Shown: positions 38,221 through 50,720 of the stretch, piece after piece | Layout of the letters: each line of letters begins with the position of its first letter | Position numbering within the stretch: the stretch's first letter is position 1 | Source of the DNA: the human T2T-CHM13v2.0 reference genome, Homo sapiens | Reading direction: 5' to 3' (one strand) | DNA length: 64,000 nt | NCBI RefSeq assembly: GCF_009914755.1 | Contig: NC_060933.1 | Made by a program: the position numbers and the translations under genes | The notes under the pieces: model-generated | Seen by the model: the letters and a program-made list of their open reading frames with translations, nothing else | Databases searched by the model: none | What the model was told of the DNA's origin: nothing

Positions 38221-41200
38221 TCTTCATTAGACGACAGAACTGGATAAAGGAAAGCCCAGTGATTCTCACACATGGCTGTGCAACACAATCTACCTGTGAG
38301 GTTTTTTTCTTTTCAAGTACAGATGCCTCCCCTTTACCTCAAGAGATTTCACTGTAATTCTGAGGTGTAATCTAAGCACATATGTGTATGAAAAGCTCCA
38401 CAGGTGATTTCTGATGAACAACTGATTTAGAGCAAAAATCAGTACAGGTTTTTCAGTGGTGCAGTTAACATGGAGTTAAACAGTGGCTTGAGCTATTTTG
38501 GTTCCGTTATCTCTGCTGAGCAGATTAATTGGACTAATTGCCAATTTTATACTTTGTGTTATACTGAAAAAGATTTAACTAGGATATCTTTAAAAGATTT
38601 TACTTACATTCATATTGCTATGAGGTCACAGAATAAGTGTGATTTTCTACAACTTCCCGTTAGTAAAATGAAACAACATGTGAGATAACCCCGGGAAATT
38701 GCAGTCATTCCACTGGCATAGATATATTTTAGTGTTTGTTATGTTTGTTACTTCTATTTAATAAACATAGGCAAATAAGCCAAAATTACTTAATCAGTTT
38801 TTTCAGAGTTATATTTTCCTTTTGAGTTAGTTCATTTCTAACTGTCCTACTTCAAGTATGCACTCTCCTCAATGACAGAGATCAGGTGGTGCCATGCTGT
38901 TAAGAAAAAAAACTATCAGAAAAATATACACGTTGGACTGACATGACCACCCCACAAGTTACTCACCATGATTGTCTAACAGAAACACGTGCATTTTCCC
39001 TGAGAGTCAATTTTAAATATTAACAGAAATCAGGACTCTCCTTAATATCTTCCCATTAGTGGAGATTAATTTATTAGATGAACAACCTGTTACCTTGAAA
39101 GGGAAAGAGATATGTCCTAGTAGATCTGGGGTATTAGCAATGTCAGTAGAGGTGGCAGCGTAAGCCTAGGGGAACAAAGGACAGCCAGGTCCTAAAAGTA
39201 TCAAGAGAAGATGATGAGGAGGTGAGGAAACCAATCAAGATAGTTTCCACCATTTGTGCCTAGGGCAAGTCTGGGTGCAGCTGGTACATTCTCAGACTTA
39301 CAGCTTTTATAGGCCTTCTTGGTAGGAAACCAGAGTGATTTATACCCTGGCATATCTCTATACAGGAATTCAGAGAAATTCCAATGCTGCTACACCACCA
39401 GACAGAGTTTTTACTTTAGAGTTTCTAGAGAAACTCTCTCTCTAGGTTTAAGAATTGTTATACCCTCTCTCTAGGTTTAAGAATGCAAACCGCATAGATT
39501 ACCTAAGGGCTCATTGAGACAATACTTACTCTCTGAGGACTCCCTACCCTCGGGGTTTAGAAATGACTCTGCAATGTAAATATAATTCAACATCATGTAT
39601 TGGCAAGCTGTTGGTAGATCAAGGAGATGTTGATCAAGATGTCAATGAGAGAGTTGGAATGCCCAGATTCTAGTTTTTAAACTTTTTGAGAATCACTATG
39701 TATCTATGTATAAAGTGAATGATAGTGTTTGCTTGTTTTACTTTGTAGGGTTATTGTAAAGCTAAAAGAAAAGTAAATCTATGAACACTGGAAAATTTTC
39801 TATTGGCATGAGAAACTAGAGGAAAATAATTTTTAATGTATTTAACTTTCTAGTAAATTATACAAATGCCTGTCAGGAACATATTTCCTTTTTTAAAATT
39901 AAGTAAACTTTTTCTTTTTCAATATGATTCTCGAAAGTTTCAAAATCAACTCATCAGATAACAACTCTATGTTAAAACTTCAAAAAGTGAAATTGCCTGA
40001 CACTTGCTGAAATATCATGGAACATGAAAATGAAAATCTACAGAAAATGCAGAACCTTCCATTTCGTTTTTTGTTTATGAATATAATGTTTTATCTAAGT
40101 CTCACCTTAGACAATTGGTTTCCAAAACGTGGCTCTTTGAAATTTCAGAGAGGAGAGAGCCCCTTCAGAGTTTTTCGTTTAACCAGCAGAGAATTGCATT
40201 CTCACAGCTGGAAGCTGAACAGCTGTTGACTCTGACATTTTTCTGTTCCCCTGAGTGAGAGTTCAAGGACCCTCTCTGCCATCAGGAGGACAGCCAGTAA
40301 AGGGGTCAGAAACATGTTCCAGTGCAACTCAACTCCAAGGCCACCCTAGAGGACTGGAGAACAGATAACTCAGAGCCACTGTTGCCCAAATGGTAGAGAT
40401 AGTCTCCCTGTTGCAGAAAACCAGCCTCCCTGAGAATCTACTTTCTGACTCATGGCCAGATCTCAAGGCTTAAGTGACCTGAAGCACCCTTGATACTGGC
40501 CAGTCTTAGGAATTTGGTGTCCTTTTAGAATTTATCAATATATATCTCTTTTTTTCATATATATAGGAAATTTCCTTTTCACTCAAAGTGCATTTCTGAG
40601 TGCTTCTTAGTGGATACTAAATAGCTAACTCCATTTTGATTTTATAGGAAGAAAAACAAACAAAAAGAATATTTCAGAATAGCTGTCACTGCAGCACTAT
40701 TTATTGTATCCACTAGAGGACTCCTCTCAGAATAACTCAAAATCTCTCCCTTCTCATTCTCTATGGCCTCTGGCATTTGATGCTCAACTGACTCTTGAGT
40801 TGGGCCACTGGCTACATATCAGTGTTAGAATGAAAACATTCCCCCTACTTTAACACCTCCTGCTAGTTCAATAAAGCGATGTTTAAATAACTGAACTGGC
40901 TTCAATGAACTGTACTTGCCATTTTTTCCTGCTTCTTAGCTAGATAAAATGGAGATAATTAGGAAGTGGATGAGCAGGTTTAATGAAAGCCAGTTTCTTT
41001 TGGTATACTCCTGAAGCAGCAATCATCATCTGTTTGGCTTTTGAAGAGCAACAATTATAATCACTTAAACCCCCAAGGGGAACAAAAATAGAATTTACAT
41101 TAGCATATAAAATATACAGCTGGATTGGGCAAGCCTACAAAATTCTGGGGAAATCATTCTAATCTGAATGCTATTCAAACTCACAAGTAAAATGAGTTCA

Positions 41201-42089
41201 AGAGTATTTTACATACTTCCTTCCTATAAAATAATACTTATAACAATGTTGAGAGGATTTTCCTAAAAATGAACACAGGGAAATAAAAAATTGTTGCCAG
41301 GAGAGAATCCCAGAGGGAATAAGCTAAACTGTATTGTCAAGATATCACAGAGCAAAATGCATAATGATATTCACACAAAGTACTAATCACTCTGAAGTGA
41401 AGACTTTTTACAGTAAAACTACACACATTTAGGAGTTTAAGAAACAAATTTTGTTCTGATCACTGGTACTACTTACTAATAAGGAAAATTTCAGATTAAT
41501 AGTACTTCCCTTCTCCTCCATTGCAAATGTGAAAGTAATACAAAGGAAAGTGAAATTGCTTAAATTGATAATCTATTATTATAAAACAGAACTCTGTTTC
41601 CTATTTTAAAATATTTTCATATCATTTCCTCTCAAACAATCTCTTTCTTACACCCCCCTTTCTAATTGTAGCCCAGATCACAGGCAATCTCCCTCATCAT
41701 TTACATTATTTAATTACTTCTGCTTTTGTGTGCCTTTCACAGTTTACAAGATACTTTTTTTTCTTTTTTGGTAGAGCACAGAAGAATGAAAATGGGGCCT
41801 TTGCTTTATCCATTATGCTACTAGCAACAAAACACTAACATAATCAATATATTAAAGGCTTTCCCGGCTGTGCACATTTGTCAAAGGCAGTGTATCTGAG
41901 AAATTACACTAATGAATCTTGAACAACTCAGCATCCTACACAGAAAACTTGTTCTCTCTCATCATAAGTACATATCAATATGTAAAGACAAGAAAAATAT
42001 ATACTTCATCTTTCTATATATTATTTGAAAAGCCACTGTTACATTTCTTTAAAATGGAAAAAAAGTCAGTAAGCAAAATTCCACCTCCA

Positions 42090-42350
42090 CTGAGAAGCCT
42101 TCCTGAATACCACACTAAAGTCAACCACAGGCATATTAGCGATAGCTTCCTCTGTGCTCCTAAAAGTACTTTTTACATATCTCTGATACCAATTATCTCA
42201 CTACGTTATAACCATCTGTTGACATCTCTATCTCTTACACAGAGTATGCATTACTTGACAGCACAGCCATTTTTTCCAGCCAAGTATTATCAGGTTCTAG
42301 CACGGTGCCTAACCCAGTAAGCATGTAATGATGTCTGTTGAGTGAAGTGT
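42090..42350 (+). mobile_element. L2 LINE 3' fragment
   Basis: GAAGCCTTCCTGA...CTAGCACGGTGCCTAAC..AGTAAGCA...TGTTGAGTGAA, typical of an L2 3' end. Confidence 0.55.
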
Positions 42351-45300
42351 ATCATTCACTGCATTCTAAGACATCAAAATGTTGTGGTATTCATGGTAGG
42401 AATCAAACATATATTAATATCATCTCTGCAACAATATCAGATTTAATGATAAATTAAGCACTAAGAAATTAGAAATTCAAAAGTCTAGATTTCTGTAGCA
42501 ATCTTAGCTCTAATTATCTTTAACAAAGGATCGTGGTAGTATTTTAGATTTTGTTAAATATTTATAATGTTAATCAGCTCTTTAAACTACCTATCCCATA
42601 GTTAATTATTTTTACTGAAAACACCTAAAAAGCTGAGTTCTTAGTTCTTAATGGTAATGACCTCAGGTTTCATTAACTTTATAATCTCTATTTTTAAAAA
42701 ATTAAAAGCATTAACATTGCCTTCTCAGCCTTTGTCAATGTCTGTCAAGCGAGGCGGTATGTAGCTTATATTACTCTGCCCTTTCTATAATGCTCTGAGA
42801 GGCTTTGAAAATCTACAACAGATAACTTTACTTTGAACACAAAATGTGATGACTTCATATTCAAAAGGATTTACAGGGATAATTGTGGTGCATAGCTTGA
42901 AGGATTCCAGGACCTATGCAGGAACTTTCTTAAGATCCTTTGTTTTTTTCTTACTTTAAACATAGTTCACATTTTTCCTACCAGTTTTCCAAGTGAAATG
43001 ATCATTTTGTACAGTTATGACAAAACAATAATGGAGAGGTAAAAGAAAATAGACTCCAGAATTTATCCTAAAATACTCCTGGATTTTTAGTTAGTAATAG
43101 TTAATATTATTATCATTAGATAAAATTATGTTTTGAGGAGTTAATTATACCATAAATTTAAAACTGAAACAACTAATAACTTTCCCTTTTAGCTTCATAT
43201 TGCTATAACCATAACTTTTATATGTATAATTACATATATTCATTATTTATATAGACAGATTTGTGCACTTCAATGAATTTGAATGGAAAGAAAAATTGTA
43301 TAGACGGTTGTATGATTTTAGTACATAATCATGTAATATAAATTTCCACATCAAGGGATGAAACAGAAAATTATATAAACATTTTATTAGCTACTAAAAA
43401 AACTTGGCCTGAATTTTATTTAAAATTAGACCAGTAACTAAAATTAGTTTTGAGAGGGGTAAAAATTCAGGGGTTTTTCCAAAATCAAAGTGAAACAGAG
43501 TTGAGTGGTTGAATGCTAGAATACTGTGGGTTGAAATGCTCAAGCCTCATAATTCTCCCCTTAATAACCTGGTTCTTAAAATTCCAAAATTATCTGACTT
43601 AAAAAAAAAATCTACTAGTACTCTCATAGTAATGAGGTTTAAACATGATTAATTTCGATGGTTTCACTTTATAAAAAATTGAAACTTACAAAATGGATGT
43701 ATCAATTTTTTTAAGTTATTCACTTAACAAGATCATTAATTCAAATACTATTTTAATGTGTGAGCTCTCTGCATTTAAAAAAAAAGTAAGGCAATTTTTT
43801 AAAAAAAAGATTTACACAAAACAACTCAGGAGACCATTTATTGCATAAAGTGCAGATAGAGTTATTCTGAGTGCTATCATTTCTTCTCAGGTGAAAAGTG
43901 AAATATTGAGCAGTTTTCTGTTGAATGTCAATGATGTCCTTAAACATTTTTTCATTGTTACTTAAAGAGGCTTGAATGAATTACCTTGATAAAATCTTAA
44001 CATCTCTACTCCACATCTAAGCTAATAAACCCAAGAATAGGCAATATTTATGTCCCAATCTCTCAAGTCCAAAGATTTTATAAACAAAAAAGATCAAAAT
44101 TAGAGCATTTTGATGGGAAAGGATGTTTTCTCTGCATTTATTAGAGAGTCTATCATCTTTAATACTTCAAAAGGAATCATATAGTAGGGCCCTATTTAAA
44201 ACTTTTAATTTTCTATATCACTTACAGGTTTCTTTAGTTCACAAAATGAGGGCAGTTTAAAAAATCCCCCTTAATCACTGTGATTAGAAGTTAATTGATT
44301 AAGTATATCAAAGTAAACTCTAGCTTAGAAAATACATATTATCGTAAAAAAATAAAATGATTTGCTACCTATAAAAATCATATAACATTTTATGACATTA
44401 CCAAATGTAAGTGTAATCAAAATTTTAAAAGTCTTGAAAATGAAAAATTAAATCCCATTTTAGTCATTAAGATTTTTAAAATCACTCTGCTTATTTAAGT
44501 TCCCTTTTAAGGAAAATTGGGTACAGTTAGGTCTTCCTCTTATTTAGTAGGTATTTTTGCTATTTATTTTAAAATACTTTTGTCACTATAACTGAGTTAA
44601 TTTTTCTCTCCTTTTGTTTTTGGAACAGAATTGAGAATATAATAAATTCTCCATAATTAATATCCCAAAAGAGAAATAACCAGACAAACCAGGCTAATGT
44701 ATCCAAACCCAATGTGGGTACAGTTAAAAATATTTCAGTGAAACTTTTTTCTTCAAAAATGTTGTATTGCAAAAGTGCCAAGATTGACAGGCAATCCCTA
44801 CCCTCAGAATATGTGGCAATTACATGAGCTTTATATGAAGGCCTTTTAAAATCTAGTATCTTTCTATTATTTGATTGTCATTTTGTTTGATTTTGGATCC
44901 AATTTTGGAGTCAGATAGATTTTTGATTCACATCCTCACTTTATGGTTCATAAGCTGTCTTGCCTTAGGTACTCAGTTTCTAGGTGAAATAAAAGCTACC
45001 ACCTAAAGTGTTTTGAAGATTAACTGAGATACTGCATATAAGGCACTTACATATATGATTAAATCCATGACTGAGTCATAGCAGGTAGACAATACATGTT
45101 AACTATTAAAAGTTAACTTCTTTGAGATTTTAGATTGTATATTTGACATAGGATACATACTACATTTAATACCAATTAGAAACAATAAATGAAGATTATT
45201 TTTGCATTTTTAAAACTCTAATGTCACTTCAGCCATTCTTTTTTGCCTTTATGCTTGCAGGTACATTGCATGCCCTGGATATGGTACAAAGGACAAAACC

Positions 45301-47891
45301 TGCAATGTACCCATTAGATAACCTGGCTGCCATCCACCGCCACTTCCTACATCTCACTTTTCTCTTTTATGCATGAATACTTTTTCACTTAAAGTGAGTC
45401 ACTGTCATTGGAATCAATGACTTTCTATGAGAGTATTGCTTAGTTCACAAAACTTAAGAATTTTGTGCTTATGAACATTATAAGCTTTCTGCTATTTGTA
45501 AAACTTATTCTAATAAACTGAGGTTCAAGAAAAATATCGGAACATGACCACTGTATTTCCAATGTGCCAATAACATAAATAGAACACTTATAATTTTGGT
45601 ATAAAGGCAATTATACTGAAAATAAAAATGTTTGTATTTTGTAGAAAAAAATTGGTAAGTGTACTTTTACATTTTAAATTTGCACATTAAGAATATTTAG
45701 CAAACCTAAAATTGGCACAGAATTATGGTGAGGGAAAGTATGAGGAATATATAGCATTAAATATATAGCATTAAAGAGTTTAAATATTTTAAAGGCAGTT
45801 AAACTACATGCACTATTAATTATCATTTAGAAGATAATTTTCAATTACCCAGCTTATTTTAAATAATAATTTTTAATGAATTACTTCAACTAAAACAGTA
45901 TTTTCAGTGTTTAGGTAAAAACTAAGTAAATCTGATGGCTTCTTTGAGATTATGACTATGATTAAAATAACTCTGAATAAAGTTGTTTTTCTCCACATGT
46001 CAAAGTAATTTAATTTTACATATATACAGGACATATATTTATTTATAAATATCTATACCTCAGTAGTAGATAATGAATTATTTCTTTGTTTAGCACTGTA
46101 TACATACAGTTCAAAGTGTTTATTTTAAAACCCCAGGTAGTGTTAGTATAGTTCAGGATTAATTATAAATTTAAATCCTATGATAGTTGAGTAATATGAT
46201 CTAAAATTAATTATATAGTTAAGAACATTGCTAGCTTACTACCTGTGGTCTATGGATATTAGTGGGTAGAAGAAGGAGATTTCTCAACTGAAATTCTTGC
46301 TAATACAAAGACATAAAATACTATATTCTAATCTAAACTCTTCTTTTTTCACAAATGTTACTAAATTGATTCCTCTTGTACCAACAAATTAGTAGTTTAA
46401 CCATTTTGGTGTTTTAGCTCTCAAATGAAAACTGTTTTAAGGATGGTTATTGCAAACAGCTAGACTAAAATCAATATTGATGACTTTGGAAGCTGACTGC
46501 ATAAGGTATCACTTTCCTGTGGTAGTTACTGTTGAACTACAGTAACTTCATGTAGAATAGGCAAAAAATAAGTCAGTTGTTAAAAATAAGTTATTAAAAT
46601 ATATGCCCGCTAAAATACATTAAGCTTTATTGCAATACAATCATTTTTTAAGTTATTTTCTGTGTTTCCTATGATCACAGGAAGTTTATAATTTAAAAAT
46701 CTTTATTTCAGAATAGGTCTTGAGAAATGTAGGCACATGCAATTATATCTACACACATATAAATGAAAATTAAGAATGGACTCAACAAAACAATTCCTTT
46801 CAGTGGGTATTTCTGTTTCCATCCCAACCTTCAAATGAGAAAACTTAGATGGCCTTGCCTCATCAGAAAATGGGCAGGTCCATTCCAATTTAGGGCATCC
46901 CAGTTCTCTCCATGGCAACAGCCCTGGATAAGCTAAAAGGCAACTGAAAGTTTTTAAGACTACTGAGCACTATTAATCCTTTTTTTAAAAGTGCAAAACA
47001 GGCCAAACAATGTAGAATTCTCCAGAGCAAAGGCTGTCTTTTACCAAACTTAGAACTGTTTACATTGTCACAAATACTGTGTTGATACCTATTCTTGGAA
47101 AATGAATGAGAAAAAGGGGCAAAACCCGGAAGTCCATCCATGGAATATACCTCCTATTTAAAAACAAAAGGGATTAGGAAAGGATGCTGAAGAAGGACTC
47201 TTAAATGAATGAATCTGTAACACTTTAAAAAGTGGGATGAATGGGAAGAGGGAGGAGAGGAGAGGGCAGTGGGAAGGAGGGTTCATAAGCAATTCCTTTC
47301 TTCAGCCTCAAACCTTTTAAGACCACAACTTTGCAAATGTATTATTTCATCATCATTTAGTATTTAAAATTTGTCTAAGAATGATGGCTTCAAATGTTGC
47401 TACCTGAGGAAGTGTGAGGAAGAATGGTCTAACTGCAGGAGAGGACACAGAGATAGTTGTAGTAGCTGAGGATGACCCCATTGTTTCTTTTCTTCTTCAG
47501 GATTTTGATCAGGAGTGACCCGGCTAATGTGCCGAGTTCAGGAAGTCAGAGCTGCAAGGTTCTTTTGAAACCAGACAATAACGTAGTTCCCTTCGCCTCC
47601 CTTCCCTGCACCTCTCCCCTGCTTACTGCCAACTCCCACCCACTTTAAATGCATCAAGCCTATTACCATCCCAAGAGTATCAAACATATAAATACAGAAC
47701 TTGTCCACTGACCATAGTAGAGAGAAAAACAAAATTAGCACTACTGGTTTGTACGGGTTTCTTTTTGTTGTTGTTTAACGACCCCCTCCTCCCAGCCCCC
47801 AACCCTTTGTGTGTGAGGATTCCCCTTCAAACCACCCACAGACCGAGCAGACGAGAAGAAATGGTAATTTTCGGTTTAAAAGTTCACTTAC

Positions 47892-47918
47892 CACGGCAAC
47901 CTCATATTGCTTTGTCAT
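47892..47918 (-). CDS. ELAVL2: Candidate N-terminal coding segment MTKQYEVAV of an alternative upstream exon (exon possibly 47892-47989)
   Basis: AAAAAGC ATG ACA AAG CAA TAT GAG GTT GCC GTG|GTAAGT: A at -3, exactly 9 codons, strong donor in phase 0. Candidate acceptor TTCTCTCCTTTTTGTTGTGATTACTAG| ends at 47990. Confidence 0.55.
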
Positions 47919-48269
47919 GCTTTTTGCACTTAAATTTTCAAAACTGCTTGTGCTGGGCGCAGAACTGGGAAGGCAGGGCTAAAGTATCTCTAGTAATCAC
48001 AACAAAAAGGAGAGAACATTCACCAATCAGAATTACATTTAAATATACAATCAAACCCCAGAGCAAGACGCACGGTTCAGAACATACCGGGGAGGGGGTG
48101 GGGGTGGAAAAAGCCAAACTAACAAAACAAAAGGTAAAGGGGAGAGTTGAGTGGTTGGAGGGGAAATTGATCCAAGCCGCCTTTTGACCGTGGACTGGCT
48201 TAAAACCACCACCACCACCACCCCCCCCGCCCCCAGCACCCCCGCGATTACCCGAGTGACTGCACTTGC

Positions 48270-48708
48270 CTCCAGCCAGCTCAACTGCAGGAGAGGAAAG
48301 CCCCATCTAAGTTCACTAGCCCTGCCACAGTCTTCCACTGCCTGATGGGTTCCTTCAGGAAAACACTTCCAGAGGCATTCATCCACTTGAGGTCTGGGGT
48401 TGGCTGCTGCTGCGAGGCTGCTGCAGCCGAGGCTCCCGCGAGCAGCTGCTAGGATCCTTGCCGTCTCGTTCCTGCCTCTTTCGAGCTGCACAATAGCCCC
48501 GGCTGGGTGCACCTCATTAAGCCAGCCGAGAGCCCCAGGAGCAGGGCAAGCCGTGTGACAGCGCTACCTCTTTGTAATGACTGTATGATGGATGCAACCG
48601 AAGGGTGGGGTCTGGGTGGGTCAACACTGTTAATGACAGTATGTATCATTCTGTCCGTCCTCCAGGAGAGGGGAGGGAAGCCCCCTGCCCTCCCCTCAGG
48701 TCTTGGGC

Positions 48709-48720
<12 letters not shown>
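48270..48720 (-). other. ELAVL2: Distal leader exon ending in a GC 5' splice site (5' end approximate); contains several uAUGs
   Basis: CTGGAG|GCAAGT at 48270/48269 followed by G-runs. Lies downstream of the (GA)n tract and CpG island. Confidence 0.55.
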
Positions 48721-48774
<54 letters not shown>

Positions 48775-48844
48775 CTTCCTCTCCCTCTCTCTCCTATCTC
48801 TCGTCTCTGTCCCCTGTCACTCGCGCGCACACACACACACACAC
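48716..48844. repeat. (CT)~27 microsatellite, pyrimidine tract and (CA)8
   Basis: Direct read. Confidence 0.95.
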
Positions 48845-48849
48845 TTTCC

Positions 48850-49500
48850 TCCCTCTTCCCCCACCTCCCTATGCCATTTTCTGCAGTCAGCGTTCAAAAA
48901 AAGTACGAAAACCATCGGGTAATTTCCAACTGAACCGATTACGGACGGCGAATTTATCCAAACACTTAAGCAAGGAGAGGATCCTAAAATCGAAAAACGA
49001 AGGCGGAAGGGGCGAGAAGAACGGGGTGGAGTTGGGTGGCGGAGCGAGTGGGACGTTAACTGGCCAATAGTTTGCAACTGCCGGTCAACACGCGCAGCCT
49101 ACTCAGCGCTGCTCCGGAGGCGCGGGACGCCGCCTCCACGTGAGCCGCGCTCCTCCCAGTGCCCGGGACGGTGTCGGGGGCGGGCTGCACGGCGAGAAGG
49201 GCAAAATAAAACCAGCCCGAGAGGCCCTGGCTGGGGTTGAGACTGCAGGAGTAACTTCTGCACCGAGGCAGCGCGCAGCCAGTCGGGGAAGAACTCTGCA
49301 ACCTGACCGAAAGAAAGTCCGACCCTCTCGGGAGGGCTGCCAGGATGCTGGAGCGAGTGTCAGGGTCCGAGACTCCCAAGTCGGGCGAGGGCTCCTGCCC
49401 CTGGCCATTGGGTACCCCCCTCCGACCAACACCCCCGTCCCGCTTCAGAGCGTCGGCCCCACAGGTGCGCAGCGAAGTCACCACGTTGGGGACTAGCCCC
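48850..49500. promoter_or_regulatory. ELAVL2: Distal CpG island promoter
   Basis: High CpG density. GGCCAATAG at 49062-49070. GC-box-like elements. Confidence 0.8.
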
Positions 49501-50426
49501 CGCCTCTCTCTCTTCCCTTTCTCTCCCGACCCTTCATCCTCTTCACTTCTCACTCCACTCTGAGTCTTGCCTGTGCTGGCCAGGCTGCCCCAGGGAGGCA
49601 AAAAAAGAAAAGAAAATATCTCTCCTTTCTCCCCCTTTAAGGGGAGCCTTGGATCTTTGTTTCACTACCACACCACTGACACCATCCCATTGATATTTTT
49701 ACCCCCTTTCAGTTTTGTTAATGGTCCCAAGAACCCAGTTCCCAGGCACCGGTTTTTCTTCTATAGGAAAGCCTTACAGAATGATTTTTATTGCCCTGTG
49801 TGGACAAGTACACTTATTTTACACTCAGCCTCCCGTTTCCAACTTAACTGTGATGCTGTACACTCTTCATGTGGCTACAAAGCACCTTCCAGACATCCTG
49901 AGCGATTTCTCTAGAACCGTGCGGATGCTATTTATTTATATTTATTAGAGTTTATGGAGCACCATTTCTCTGACTCTGTGTAATAGACTTCTATGTTTTT
50001 ATCATTGATGTCTTATAGCAGCTAAGAGAAAGCAAGAAGCATAGAGAAAACAGGGTATTTATGGCAATGAAGCATCTCTCCATTTTTATGTCAGCCATTT
50101 ATTTATTAATTAGTTAAAATTTGTGTAGGTTGTGCAGCCTGCTCTACGCCGTGGGATAGCACTAAAGATTTTATGCCACTCCTCAAAGAGCTTCTGATCC
50201 ACGGGGAAGGCAAAATAACCTTCAGCTCTTAATTGCTTCTAACAAGAAACCACTTTTAATTGATGGGAAGGAGAGACCTTGTCAGAAAGCTTTCAGCAAA
50301 GTAAAGGAACACTATGGTGTTGACCTCAGTGGTTCTTTCAGGTCATAAACCTGCAAGGCCTCAGAAGTCTCCCCTTCATTTTTTATTTTTATTTTTTGTT
50401 GAAGCAATTGCTTTCCCCCCACCACC

Positions 50427-50720
<294 letters not shown>

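Larger units (their letters stand above)
1..48850 (-). other. ELAVL2: 5' part (alternative leader exons and first introns) of the ELAV-like RNA-binding protein 2 (HuB/Hel-N1) gene; main CDS lies left of the window
   Basis: Reverse complement of 23786-24045 matches my recollection of the Hel-N1 mRNA leader. Multiple minus-strand donors follow promoter-like blocks. 1-18500 appears A-rich on + (U-rich transcript). Identity is from memory, not a database search. Confidence 0.88.

Noticed and set aside
48507-49070. 187-aa ORF with SLSLSL and HTHT runs
   Set aside because: Translation of the (CT)n and (CA)n microsatellites.
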